Shown here piece by piece: positions 49,201 through 62,600 of a stretch of 64,000 nucleotides of DNA. Source of the stretch: Azolla caroliniana (Eukaryota; Plantae; Polypodiophyta); the NCBI GenBank assembly GCA_043228905.1, contig JBHGNT010000010.1, forward strand, positions 8,680,001-8,744,000, in the 5' to 3' direction. Each line of letters starts with the position of its first letter. Position 1 is the first letter of the stretch. The notes below the pieces were generated by a model. That model ran no database searches and was not told where the DNA came from. It saw only the letters and a program-made list of their open reading frames with translations. Position numbers and translations under genes: made by a program.

Positions 49201-51279
49201 GTCGGACTCCGAGGGAAGCGGTGACGGGTCTTCAAGAGCGAAGTCTGCGTTGGCCGAGAACACCTCGACATCGGCTAATGAATGATTACGCCGATCTACC
49301 CGCCAGAAGAACCCAATTGTGCGGTTCGGCTTTGCAACGTCAAAAACAGACTCCTCATTGTTCATCTGGAAAGGTCAACTCGGGCCAGTTAGTGTTTCAC
49401 TATATGTTGATGACTTGGTCATCATCGGCGCCGACCTGGGTGAAATCGACCGCGTGAAGCTCCAACTTGCGGCATCATTCGACATGAAGGATCTGGGGGA
49501 CCTTCATTACTTCCTCGGTATCGAAGTGATCCGCACCCCCGAAGGCATACTGATCAGCCAATGTCATTGCGCTGAATATGCTCTTCAAATTCAGGATGGC
49601 TGACTGTAAGTCCGTCTCGACTCCTCTGGATACAACCGTCAAGCTTCGCCCCAATTCCGACAAGGTATGCGACCCGACGAGGTTCCGACAAATTGTCGGA
49701 AGCCTTATCTACTTGACAATCACCCGACCCGATCTCAGTTATCCGATCGGGGTGGTCAGTCAGTTCATGGCGTGACCTACCGAGGAGCACCTTCAGTGTG
49801 CGCAACGCGTACTACGATACGTAAGCGGCACTAAGGACCAGGGACTGCTATATCGGACCGGTACAACCTCGTAGTTGGTCGGCTACACCGATGCTGATTG
49901 GGCTGGTAATGCCGTCGATCGCCGATCCACGTCCGGATATGCGTTCTCTCTTGGGAGTGCCGTGATAGCGTGGAGTAGTAAGAAGCAGCTGGCAGTTGCA
50001 CTATCGAGCACTGAAGCCGAGTATAGAGGAGCGGCTGTCGCGACATGCGAAGCCATATGGTTGAAGCGGCTACTTAAGGACCTACAAGAGGAGGTGTCCG
50101 ATCCGACGACGATCTACCGCGACAACCTCAGCAGAATTATGCTCGCGAAGAACCCAGTTTTCCACGCACGGATCAAGCACATTAAGCTGCACTACCATTT
50201 TGTCCGTGAGCGTGTCCTTTCTGGTGAAGTCGAACTTCAGGATGTTCCTACGGATCGGCAAACCGCCGACATCTTCACCAAGCCCCTTGGTCTGGACAAG
50301 TTGCATCAGTTCTCGGGTGCGCTTGGGTTGCGTCACCTCGACGTGCCAAACTTGAGGGGGAGAACAGTCTCGAAAGACCGACCAAGGGAGCAGGAAGGGA
50401 GCGGAAGAGGCCGCGACACTGAGTCGGATGACGAATCCAACTTCGGATTGGCTGAAGAAGCTGAGGGCGGATTCGCGGAAGAGTCCGGAAGCGGACATAA
50501 GGGGAAAAACCGAAAGAAAGAGCCGAAGCCAACCAAGCATGGGTGAGATGACGCCGTCAAGGGCGAGAAGACTGAAGACGAGTTGGAGATAACCAACTCG
50601 GACGAGAGCGAAAACCGATCGGAAGTAGCCGAGTTGGTTCAGATGTTTGATTCGGATACACTGAATCAACCGAGGGCCAAGCGGAAAAGAAGGCAGCAGG
50701 AGAAGCGCCAACACCGTGACAGCAAGGGAGTTGTGAAGGGCCGTGGGAGTAGACATGCCGATCGGAAGGGTCGAAGCGCGTGGAGTTGAACAGGCCGAGG
50801 AGCGCGAGCGACGCATGGAGCTAGGAGGAACCGGAGCGGTGATCAGGAAGATCTCGAAGAGCCTCAAGTTGAGCTTGAGGGGGAGTGTTGAGAGACAAGC
50901 TCAACATTAGCCGGATCGGTCTGGACCGATCGATTAGGCTGGATCGGTTGGAAACCGGTACGCAGACCGGTGCGTAGGAAGGCCGTATCGGTACATAAAT
51001 TGAAAGGCCGTTAGAGAGATATTCCTTGTAAGGAATAGTTTTGGGAGTAAGAGTCAAGGCTCATTTATGAGTAGTCAAGTGTCAGCCCATTGTCAGGGCT
51101 TGTATAAAAGGTGCTCACTGAGCATGATGTATGTACAACGTGTTAGTTTTTTGAATTGTTTTCTTGTGTTTACTCTCTCTATCTCTCCCGTGAGTATTGT
51201 GCAAACCTAAGCTTTCCATTAAACCTGCGTTTTTCTGTTGTTCGGTTTCCTATATTGCTTCCGCACATAATCTTTCACA
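46229..51279 (+). mobile_element. Decayed Ty1/copia LTR retrotransposon (second family) with internal RT deletion
   Basis: LTRs 46229-46588 and 50886-51279; TSD TAAAG; PBS TGGTATCAGAGC at 46589; PPT GAGGGGGAG. gag [55 protein letters not shown]; the RT N-terminus is missing near 49330. Confidence 0.93.
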
Positions 51280-51639
51280 TAAAGTTTGTCAATATTCTCA
51301 CATGTTATAAATACTCTCTCAACGTTCAACTATAAAGAAGACTAAGATATTAAATGTAGGGTTAATCAATTACAAAATCCAATCAAAATGAGATATTAAT
51401 ATAAACACAGTATATATTTATGCCTCATTTTTTCTTGTTCGATACTATCTAATATCCATTTGGGCGATGAGGCTATTTTCTATGGCCTAACACCTCTTCT
51501 TCTAGTTGTGTTACTCGAATGCTTGTGTTTGAACTGTTTTAGCCAACTGGGCCATAAATTCAGAGTTACTTATAATAAATGTTGAGACATTCTCTTGCTT
51601 CACATGTAAAAGTCAAAACAAAATCCCTTTGTTTCGAAC

Positions 51640-52320
51640 TGTGATTTTGTTCAAACCTCAATAGTCCACGAACAATTGTAGAGACCCATCTTTCTTCTTC
51701 TTGAAGAAGATGGTTGCACCGATAGGACATTTATGTTGAATGAATTCATTTGCCAAGTGCTCCTCTGTATACTCTCGATGATCCCTGGGTTCGGGAGGTG
51801 ATAGAGTATAGATTGGCCCCATGGTGGCTCTTTCCCCAATTGTAGATTGATTGGAAAATCATAAGGGTGATGCAAATACCCTTGTTGAAGACATCTTCAA
51901 AATCTAGGTACTTAATAGGGAGGAGGGCATCCAACCATTGTGGACTAGAGGATAGAGTTTCCATCATTACAAATACAAACATTTCATTTTTCTTTCCGTC
52001 TTCTTTTAACCTTTGTAAAGAGATGGTCTAGATTTATTTCTCCAATCAATTTTTTGATTATGAAATTCAAACCAAGGCAAACCAAGGACAACTGGATGCT
52101 CATGAATGCTAATTTTATTGATGGAAATCACTCAAGCCAAGTTACCAAGGACTACCTTGATTTGGCTTAGATTTGTTAACTATATCTCCAAATGCAATAG
52201 GGCGATTGGAATATCAATACTACAATAGTTGGGGGGCAAGGGATGTTACTCAATAGGATTTTATGGGTTAAAGCATATTCTTTATTCTTAAAACATGAGT
52301 TGGCTCTTGAATCTAAGAGA
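51640..52320 (-). pseudogene. Degenerate Ty3/gypsy protease-RT relic
   Basis: HHPYDFPINLQLGKEPPWG and LPIKYLDFEDVFNK match the gypsy PR-RT junctions elsewhere in the window. Confidence 0.7.
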
Positions 52321-52389
52321 AAACAGAGGCAATAACTCAAGGACACCTAGAAGTGCTAAGCTCAATAGTGTCAAACAAATTCTCACCAT

Positions 52390-52907
52390 TTTTCCTTTAT
52401 TTAGTTTCTAGATACTGACCTCTCTTTATAAAGGTTCAACTCATCTCTCTCTCTGTCCCTCTCTGTCCATTTCTCGAATAACTAGTTTGACTTAGTTGTT
52501 TAGAGTGACATAAGCTCTCTTGCACTGAAGTGTGTGTGGCATCGAACCCCACAGCCAACATTGTCATCGATCTATTTCTCTCTCCCCCTCTTCTCTTGAA
52601 CGATTTGTTTGCTCAAGTGGTTAAGGGGAGCGACTTAAGATCGCTTCCATTCAAATGTGCGTGGGTTCGAACGATTTATCTATTTATCTTTCTCTCTCTC
52701 CTTCCTCGTGGTTATTACCATTTTTCTTTTATATAGGTCCTAGATACTGACCTTTTTTATAAAGGTTCGGCTCATCTCTCTCTCTCTGTGTCCCTCTCTG
52801 CTCGTTTCTTGAATAGTTAGTTTGCCTTAGTGGTTAAGGGCGACTTAAGATAACCTACACTCAAGTGTGTGTGGCTTCGAACCCCACAAACAACATCGTC
52901 ATCCATC

Positions 52908-52951
<44 letters not shown>

Positions 52952-53480
52952 CGTGGACATTACCATTTTCCTTTACTTAGTTTTTAGGGGCTCATTTCTT
53001 TCCCTCTCCCTCGTTTTTCTCTTGAATGATTGGTTTGCCCGAGTGGTTAAGGGGGGCAACTTAAGATCTCCTTCATTCAAGTGCGCGTGGTTTTAAACAC
53101 CACACCCAACATCATCATCCATCTATCTATTTATCTTTTTCTCTCTGTTTTCTCGTGGTCATTACCATATTTTGTTTATTTAGTTTCTAGATACTAACCT
53201 TTTTTTATTAAGGTCTGGCTCATCTAACTCTCTCTTCTTTTCTGGAATAGGTAGTTTGCGTTAGTGGTTAAGGGTGACTTAAGATCGTCTTCACTCAAGT
53301 GTGTGTGGCTTTGAACCCCACAACCAACATCGTCATCCATCTATTTCTCTCTCTCTCTCTCTCTCTCTCTTATCGTGGACATTACAATTTTCCTTTACTT
53401 AGTTTTTAGGGGCTGACCTTCTTTGGAAAGGTTTGGGCTTATCTCTCTCCCTCTCCGTCCTTGTTTTTCTCTTGAATGGT
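52390..53480 (+). repeat. Tandem array of five degenerate tRNA-Leu(UAA)-like copies with (CT)n spacers
   Basis: Copies at ~52481-52560, 52602-52672, 52816-52895, 53028-53111 and 53250-53329. Best copy TGGTTTGCCCGAGTGGTTAAGGGGGGCAACTTAAGATCTC..GTGCGCGTGG; others retain TCGAACCCCACAGCCAACA. Confidence 0.8.
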
Positions 53481-56335
53481 AATAAAATAGAATCAATACT
53501 TAGGACCGCCTTTACATATTCTAGGTTGTCCAACCAAATGACTCCAGATTTAGTTGGTCTTACTCATTTAATAGTTCATCTAGCTGACGCAAACTTCAAA
53601 ACTATTGGATTGACCTAGACATGTGGGACTACTAGGACTCAACGGTCTAATTGAGGGATTAGAATAAAGTTTCTCACTAGTACTTACTTAATTTACTTGT
53701 CAATTTGGTCTATGTGGGTAAGCGATCACTATGTATCCTAAATCACCACAATACAAACATAATGCTTTACCTTACATCATTGCTTCTTAGCTTTAGATAA
53801 AGGCCCTCAATGACATGTTATGTTGATATCCATCGGAGGTGTTGAGGCAACAACTGAAGCATATGTTTGATCTATTCTTGGTTGTTATATTAGTTAACAC
53901 TTTGAACATCGCTCAAATAAGTGGGTGTCACACCAAATAGCTCGACTTTTAGTTTATGTAAGCGATCTTAGAGCTTCATGGAATTTTAATAACAAATCCT
54001 TTACATAATTTCACAATCCATACTAGAATTGATTCATTAATGCTTCTTCATCCCGTGGAATATCACAACCTAGGAGGTGGAAATTTAAGGTGTAGGTTGA
54101 GGTAGGCCGATCCCCATTGTAAGGAGATTGCAATGCCATTGTGAGTTGGTATATAAGTGTTGATAGTTTCTCATATTGTTGTGCATTTTCTATTCTTACT
54201 TGAGTCATCAAAGACTGGCGTTGAAATTAAATGGTTCGAGCAACACAATATGGCATGTTAATATACTAGTACTGTGTGCTCCTAGGATATTTGTAAGGTC
54301 ATGATACCCCTTGGAAATATTGTAGGCTCATGACACCTCTTGGAATATTGTCTAGTCATGCACCTGTTGGATATTTGTAGGGTCACAATATCAAAGTTAC
54401 AACATAGTAAATTTTAACATGAATAGCATAATGGGTAAAGTTAACCCAAAGCTTCTTCTAGACAATATAAGACTTGACTCACTACTTGCTCCCATATCAG
54501 GTCGTCTATGTGTGCCTAGTTGGGCTTGTCGCCCATGCTTTGTCGACAATAACCTTGTTTAATAAGGTACAACTGCATCTTAAACTCCTAAGATGGGAAG
54601 TCTTTGTGGTAGAGCTTCTCTATGGGAAGCATGCTAACGATTTTTGTATTCATTTTTGGTGTAAAATTTCATCTTCTTAGGTTTTTCCTTCGACCCCATA
54701 CATGTGCTATAAGCCTCACTATGATATTTATACCCAATTCGATATTAGTGTCTCGAGCACAAGAACATTATAGGTGGATGGGCTTTGATATAGTGCTAAT
54801 GATTAGTTTTTCCTAATTATTTATCTAGAAGCAATGTGTTATGTGGATGTATGTGAGAGGAGAGAATTGAGAAGAGAGTTAGGAATTAGTTAGTACCTAA
54901 TTATTTATGAAGAAGCAATGTGTTGTGTGGATGTATGTGAGGTGAGAGTCGAGACATTAAGAAGAGAGTTAGGAATTCGTTATTATAAACATCCACAAGA
55001 GGGGGGATGAAGATATTAAGCACAAGAGGAAAAAGGTTCATTCATCATCAACATTACAATAAACCTACCGTAGGCATTATATACATGTTTGGATACACCA
55101 ACCACGTTGAATGTGATTGGTTAGGTCTATGACTAGACTTATACATGAGTACAATTTATCATAAGAAACTCTTAGTATTCCTTGATTGCACTAACTCTGA
55201 GGGGCTAATTGGATATCGAATCTAGTTCCTTATGTAACTACATAATTTAACATAGCTTACAATAAAATATGCTTTCACAGACACACACACACACACACAC
55301 ATCTTGTGCTCTTCACTCAAAAATTTTAATTCTTTATTTTGATTTATATACAAAATTATGTTTTCTAAATTTTCTATTTAAACTTATTCACAATCAAAGG
55401 AGGATCACACAGAATTTTTTGGCTCCAAAATCCAAGCTTGGCATGAAAGTTACACGATTTGGAACAAGATTGATGAAAAGATGGATCCCCAACTACCACA
55501 TTGGAAATTTCACCACATCGACATGAACATCTCACCTCAAGGATCGATAGGGAGATTATACATTTGAGAGTTAGAGTTGAACCCCCCACATTGTCCGAAG
55601 TTGATGTCTCATCCACAGGATAGCACATGACGAGTATAACAAATTCGTGATTGTTCCAATATTTAACTCCCCACAAGGGAGGGCTAAATTGATAATTTCA
55701 TGGAAAGGGGCGCTTTTGATTGTAGGTACCCTTGAAGTCAAAGGCTACCCCTTTGACCACGCCTTCGACGTTTGCTTGAGTTGAAGGCTCCAACAACCCT
55801 CAATTCTAGTTTTTGAGTCGAGGGTTGAGCCCTTGATTCCAACCTCTGAGTCAAGAGTTGAGCCCTCAATTTAAGGCTTTGCCTTGCCCCCTTTACCATT
55901 ATCAGCCCTTTTTATCATCAACCATTGGTCTCCACCATCAAGCATCGTCGTCAGCTCTCATTTTCACCGAAATCTGCCACTATAACTACCTCCATTGCCA
56001 CCATGTTGAATATTATAACCATATCTTTACATTCATTTTACCTATATCTTTACATTCATTGACATACATATACATACACAAATTTCTTCACACTTTTATC
56101 ATGTATTAACATATACTTATTCGTTTCCAAACACACCTACACACACATATTCTTCTTTACTTACAAACATATATATAAAAAAGAAAAGAAAAGAAAGATT
56201 GAGACTTATACAAGCAAATGTGTGCATGTTTGTACGTGCCCACACATATGAAAGAGTTATGTACACACTAGGAGTTCGAAAAGAAGATCAACTTGATTCC
56301 CCAAATCAAATTGAATGTAAAAAAACACACACATC

Positions 56336-58108
56336 TAGGGATCGACAACGGCTCGGTTCAAGCCTAAACTGTTGAGTTAAACCGATTTAAAACGGCTTAG
56401 CAGCTCGGCTCAGGCTTGATCTTGACTAAACGGTTTGAGCTCGGTTTGGCTTGGCTTGAGCCTTGCCAAACCGGCTCAAACCGGTTAAGCCAGTTAAGCT
56501 GTTTATGTGGTTTACTAGTTAGGTTAAAAAAAAACTTCAAAGTTAGAAATTAGTTGGAAACTTGAGACACACAGAGAGAGAGAGAGGGAGAGGGAGGGAG
56601 GGAGGGAGGGAGGGAGCTTGTATACTACATAGTAGATCGTTTGAGAGGGAGGTATGGAGAGGGAGAGGGAGACTACACTGACGTGAGAGAAACTGAGAGA
56701 GAGGGGGAGGGAGGGATGTTTCTGTCATGTCTATGACATTATCCTCCCCTTTATGGCCATCTTTTTGAAAGCACGATGTAGGGGTGAACAAGAAATGGTG
56801 GGCATGAGAAACCATGTTTTGTTCTCATTGGAAACACGAACACCAACGAACGTGAGCGATTATGTGCGGTTCTCTTCGGGAACATGAACAGGCGTGAGTG
56901 ATCATGTGGTCCTCACCGGGAATTGGAACACGAACAATGTGAGCGATCATGCGGTCCTCTCCGGGAACTAGAAAACGAATGGGTGAAGGAGTGCAAGTGA
57001 AGCAGTCGACTCGACTTCAATTATGAGAGGGTAAATAGTCGAGGTTGACCCAAAACACGGCAAAAACGGTAGCGCTAGCGAGAAACCAATGCAATCCCCA
57101 CCAAGAAAGTGAGCGGTTGTGACCCCCACCGAAACTAGAAGGTGAGCGATCGAAATCGGTCCTCGCCAACGGGATGTAGTGCGAAACTTGAACTAAAATT
57201 AAAATGGAGTGCAAGCAAGCAATGATTCAATCCCCACTAGGAGAGTGAGCGGTTGTAACCCCCACCGGAACTGGGAAGGTGAGCGATCGAAAGCTCACCA
57301 AAATCGTGATGCAAAATGATACCTATAAATGATAACAATGACAATGAAGAGAGCGGAACAATGATGATAATGAAAGACCATGTAAAGTAATGTCGATGAC
57401 GATGAAGGCTGGGTGAAGAGGTGCTGAAAATGATGATGTCAAAGACAAGGATGTTGATGATGGTAACTCTGGAAGCAAGGACGGTGATGATGGTAACTCT
57501 AGAGGCAAGTGTGATGACGGGTGATTCAAACTGTCATGGACACACCAAGTGGGGACTAAGATGGAGCACGGATGATGAGGCTACAACGGAGCGATGACGG
57601 AATGACACAAGAGCATAAAGATAGAGATGAAGATTAAGGAGAGAAGATGGGCGAAACGAGAATACTAGATTGATATGTCCATGACTGGCGTTGTTCACCT
57701 TGAATTCCTTCAAGGTGAACTCAACTATTTATACTAAGTGGCATGCATACCTGTTGCACGCATGTGATACAATAGAGCATGTAGGCAATAGGTACGCATG
57801 CATGTGCCAAGTGTAAATAATACAAGGGAGAAATTATGCACATGATGCTAGCTAAAACCTACAATGAGGAAGTATATAAATGATTATATGCTAGATGTGT
57901 GGTTAACACATAACACTCGATTATAACATGGTCATGTCAAGAGTTCGAATCTTGATAGTTTCCAAACCAGTTCCCAAGCCGATTCACAAACCGATTTAGG
58001 CCAAACCGGTTTAGGGATTAGTTTGGTTCAAGTTTGAAAACCCCAAAACGGTTCAGGCTTAATCAGTTTGGCCCGATTAAGCCTAAATTGAACCGTTGTC
58101 GATCCCTA
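56336..58108. mobile_element. Non-autonomous hAT-type DNA transposon (1.77 kb)
   Basis: Perfect 16-bp TIR TAGGGATCGACAACGG; 8-bp TSD CACACATC/CACAGATC (7/8); AAACCGG/AAACGG subterminal repeats at both ends; no transposase ORF. Confidence 0.85.
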
Positions 58109-58340
58109 CACAGATCCATGAGCTCCTTAATGTCAATGATTTTGCCAATCCCTTCCTCTTTGCTTTTGCTAAGAATGAAACTCAATTTCCCATAGAGACA
58201 ATGTTCACACTGGCCAGTAGACATCATACTAGGCTAGATTTGTAATTAGTAGAAAGGGCATTTGCCCTAGATTAGTTGGTATTTAAACCAACCTTTTGTA
58301 ACTTAGTTACTGTTGGCTGTAATATATAGTTTCTTGTTTT

Positions 58341-58389
<49 letters not shown>

Positions 58390-58483
58390 TGAAAACACAC
58401 AATTATATTAATAAATGTGTGTAAAAAACACTACTTACAATGGGTGTGACCATGAAGTATGGTCACCCACTAACTACACTACA

Positions 58484-59644
58484 CTACATGGGTAATGGAA
58501 CATGTTGAATTGCCAATAGGCAAGATGAACATTCCACCGAGGAAGGGATTTCCAGTTGCTCTAATAAAGAAAATTGCCACATTAGTACTCCCTTCAACTT
58601 TCGTAGATATGCTTTCACTCCATGTCTACCATCGACTACAAAAGCATTGCAAATATTCCAATTATGACGCAATCCCCAATATCTCAAAAATAGAAAAACA
58701 ATCTCCATCTCTGACTTTGGGTCCACCTGTGTAAATTGTGCAAACACCCACTGTCTAGGTGTCAAATAACACCATGATAAAACTTGCCAAATTTGAGAAA
58801 TGTAACTCCAAATCTGACAAGCAATCGAGCATTGTATAAATCGATGAGTATTATCCTCCATTTGAACAGTGCAGAAAAAACAATTACCCGTTGCTAGTCT
58901 ACGACGCTTTAGAGCTAATCCCAAAGGCAATCCTCCAATCAAAACTCTCCAAATGAAGACCTTTTCTACAAGTGGCAATTTAGAATGCCAACTACGTTGT
59001 AAGATTTGCCACCACCCATGATCAAATTTGTGTAATCTCCATTCTTCTTTAGCCTTAGATGATAACCATCCAAGAGACTCAACAAAGCAATGATACAAAA
59101 GATTAGTAGTCACTTGTAACAACAATGTTTGAGCCTTTAAACACCAATCAATCTACGGTTGTTCTCCTGTTTGTAGAGGTAAGGGACCTTGCATCAATGG
59201 AATATTTCATAGTTGTTGCCAAATAAATCCATAATTAGGTGGAATGTGTAATAATTGCCGTGCTTTAACAAACTCCAAAATTCTTTGCGATGGAGCCTCA
59301 ACTATATCTCCCACTTCTTTGACCCCCAAACAAAACAAACGATTAAATTGAGAGCGTAATCTCTCCTTTCCTGGCCAACATAATAACCGAGAAGACACAA
59401 GTAACTCTTTTTGCAAAGAATTACAATGCTCTCTACTAGATGATGGTTTCCATACACATAGCAAGAGTGCTTCTTGCCATGAGGTAACCAAGTGTTGAAC
59501 ACATGTAGAGCCCGGAGTCCTAAGTGAAATACATCCATTTAGTAATTGCCACCATGAACCATTAATTGTTGTCCTCCCATGTGTTAAACCCTTGTTCTCA
59601 ATGAAATATTGAACAATAGGTATCCATGGTTGTGAGTTTGAACA
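58484..59644 (-). pseudogene. LINE (L1-like) ORF2 C-terminal fragment with zf-RVT domain
   Basis: WHSKLPLVEKVFIWRVLIGGLPLG..CFFCTVQMEDNTHRFIQCSIACQIW; cut upstream by the copia at 59645. Confidence 0.8.
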
Positions 59645-62600
59645 TGTTGAAGCGGCAAGCTCAACTGGAGCCGGATCGGCTGGATAAGCCTAAGACGGCA
59701 AGCGAGACGGATCGGTAAGCCGTGAGCAACCGAGCCGGCAAGCAACAGACCCGGTGAGCTGGGGAGCCGGTTAGCCAGATCCAATCGGTAACCGGAAGCC
59801 TAGTATTAGTTTAGACAACTAGGAAATTATAGTCTCGTAGTAAGTGTCAGAAGCTCGTTTGAGCATTAAAGTACGCGGTACTTGTGTCAGTCCCACGAGG
59901 ACTTGTATAAATAGTGCTACTGAGCACAGTTGTAGTTATAGAGTGTTTTATATATTTTTCAATATATGTTTGAGGTTCTGCTCTCTCTGTCTCTCTCGTG
60001 TACTCTGTGTATTCTCTACTTTCTCTGTTTTCTAACGCTTCCACAAGTAATCGTTTACATGGTATCAGAGCGTGAGGGTTGAGAACCTCTGCAACCGACG
60101 AACGCTTGAAAGCAAACCCTAACAGGTCATAAGAACAACAGACAGAGAAGTGATGGATAGAGGGATGGCTAGCTCGCTCCCTGTGAAGAAACTCGACAGA
60201 TCCAACTACGCATCTTGGTCGTACAAGATGCACCAGTACCTGTTTGGGCATGGTTACTGGAGCTCCGTCGAAGGAGCCAATGAAACAACACCTGATGCGG
60301 CACATAGGGATTTCCCAGTGTGGGAATGATCGACAAGCAGAGTGATGTACTGCTTCGCGTCGAGTGTCGGAGACCAGCTGCTGAGCCACATCTGAGATGC
60401 CAAGACGCCGAAGGAGGCTTGGGGAAACCTGAAGAAGGTCTTCGCCGTGAGCACTACGGCCCGAAAGCTGCAACTCCGACAGCACACAATAGAGGCGGCT
60501 GGCAAGAGCAAGAACGAAGGCATAGAGAACGTGCCGACAGTAGTTCTGGGACTTCCATAGGCAGGGGGAGTCAAGGCGGTGCCGGAGGACGGCAAGATAA
60601 ATCTGCTACGGAATGCTAGTACTGTGGCAAGAAGGGCCACAGAGACAGCGAGAACTGGAGAAAGCGAGCCAATTCGAACAAATCCGGCTCCGGCAAGGCC
60701 AGCAAGGATGGCCGGCAAAACTCGCACTACGCGAAGGGATCGGGAGGATCCAAAAACGATAACGGGCCAACCTTGGTGATGAAGCACGAGGCGAACTCGA
60801 TGAAGAAGACCACTTCCAAATCGAAGGAAGTGTGGTATGTTGATTCTGGTGCGTCGAACCACATGATGAGCCACAAAGAGTGGTTCTCCTTCTTGGAGAA
60901 ACCGGATCAACCAGGAGTAGTCGAAACCGGAGACGACACTCCTCACCCAATCGTGCACGTCGGAGAAGTCCCTTTGAGCCACGTCGGATAGAAGGGGAAG
61001 CTGATGAACGTATTACACGTTCCGACAATCACGAAGAACTTGGTGTTGGTCGGACATATCGTCGACCAAGGGATGTAGGTGCGGTTTACACACCTCGGGT
61101 GCTTCATCGAGGAAGAGGGCCAGATTATTGCGCAAGGGCGTAGAGATGGGAGGATGTTTATCCTCGACACCAATGACGTCGGCAACGCTCTGTTTGCAAA
61201 AGGAAAGAAGGTTGAATCGGACATCGACCTGTGGCACAAGCGGATAGGCCACGTCAATTACCGAAGGCTTCAAGACCTACAAACGAAAAAAGTTGTTTTC
61301 GGTTTGCCGAAGTTCAGCGGCCAGAAGGCCCAAGTATGTGAAGCCTGCCAACTCGGGAAGCAACACCGGCTTCCATTCCCCATCGAACATAACCGGAGCC
61401 GTAGCAAGCTCGACCTTATCCATTTGGATGTGTGTGGACCGGCACAGAATGTTAGTATTGGCGGGAGTCGATATTTCGTCTCCCTCATCGATGACTATAC
61501 ACAGCACACATGGATCTACCTCATTGAGCGGAAGAGCGAAGTCTTCGAGTGTTTCCGGAGTCTCCAAAGCATGGTGGAACGGGAATCAAAGAGGAAGATC
61601 AAATGCTTGCGGTCAGACGGTGGGAAAGAATACTTTTCCGGCCAATTCAACAGTTATCTATAGCAAACGGGAATTCAGCGAGAGTTCAGCTGCAGATACA
61701 CACCACAACAGAACGGTGTTGCCAAGAGGAAGATTCGGTCGCTCATTGATGTGGCAAGGGCAATGTTAGAGGAGAAGAGCATGCCCAAATTCTACTGGGC
61801 GGAGGCAGTCCAAACGGCTATCTACATCCAGAACCGGATCGATGACCAGGTGTCAGCTCACGAGCTGTATTTCGGGCGCAAGCTGAATTTGAGACACCTT
61901 AAGATCTTCGGTAGCATTGCATATGTGCATGTATCGGATGAGAAGCGGAGGAAGCTGCATGCAAAATCGGAAAAATGCATCCTAGTCGGCTATGCTCAAG
62001 AGCAAAAGGGTTATAAGTGCTATAACCCCCGGACAAAGCAGGTCCGAGTTAGTTGAGATGTCGAGTTCGATGAATCGACATCGTGGTACTCCTTACCGAC
62101 TCCGACTTCCGAATTCGACCCGATGCCGAAGGATGAGGCCAGTGAGCCTGAACCGGCCCAGGTGGATGATGATGAAGCTTGGACTCAGGAATCGTTTTGG
62201 TTGAGCGGGCCGAACGAGCGACTAGATCAATCTGACCATTCCGATGAGGAACCAACAAGTAGTAGAGACTCTGCTGTGCTCTCCCCGTGCAAGGAACCAA
62301 GGAGACAGTTCACACGCAAAGAGAAGGGGAAGAAGAAGATATCGGAATTCGAAACCGGCAATGATGAGTCGGATCGGTGTGCATCCGACTCCAGCAAGGA
62401 GAAAGGCGGACCTTTGGCAACGAAGACCGAAATGGCCAAGAAAGGCCTTAAACTGGGTAACGGTGAGTTACGCTGGTCCACCCGCCAGAAGGATCCCGTC
62501 AAGTGGTACGGGTACAATGAGTACATGGCGCATCACTATGTGTACATGACTAAGGTGGCGGAAGTCCGTGAGCCGGAGAGCTACACAAAAGCGGCCAAGG

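Noticed and set aside
54820-54985. Short ~80-bp tandem duplication
   Set aside because: Two diverged copies only, no associated feature.
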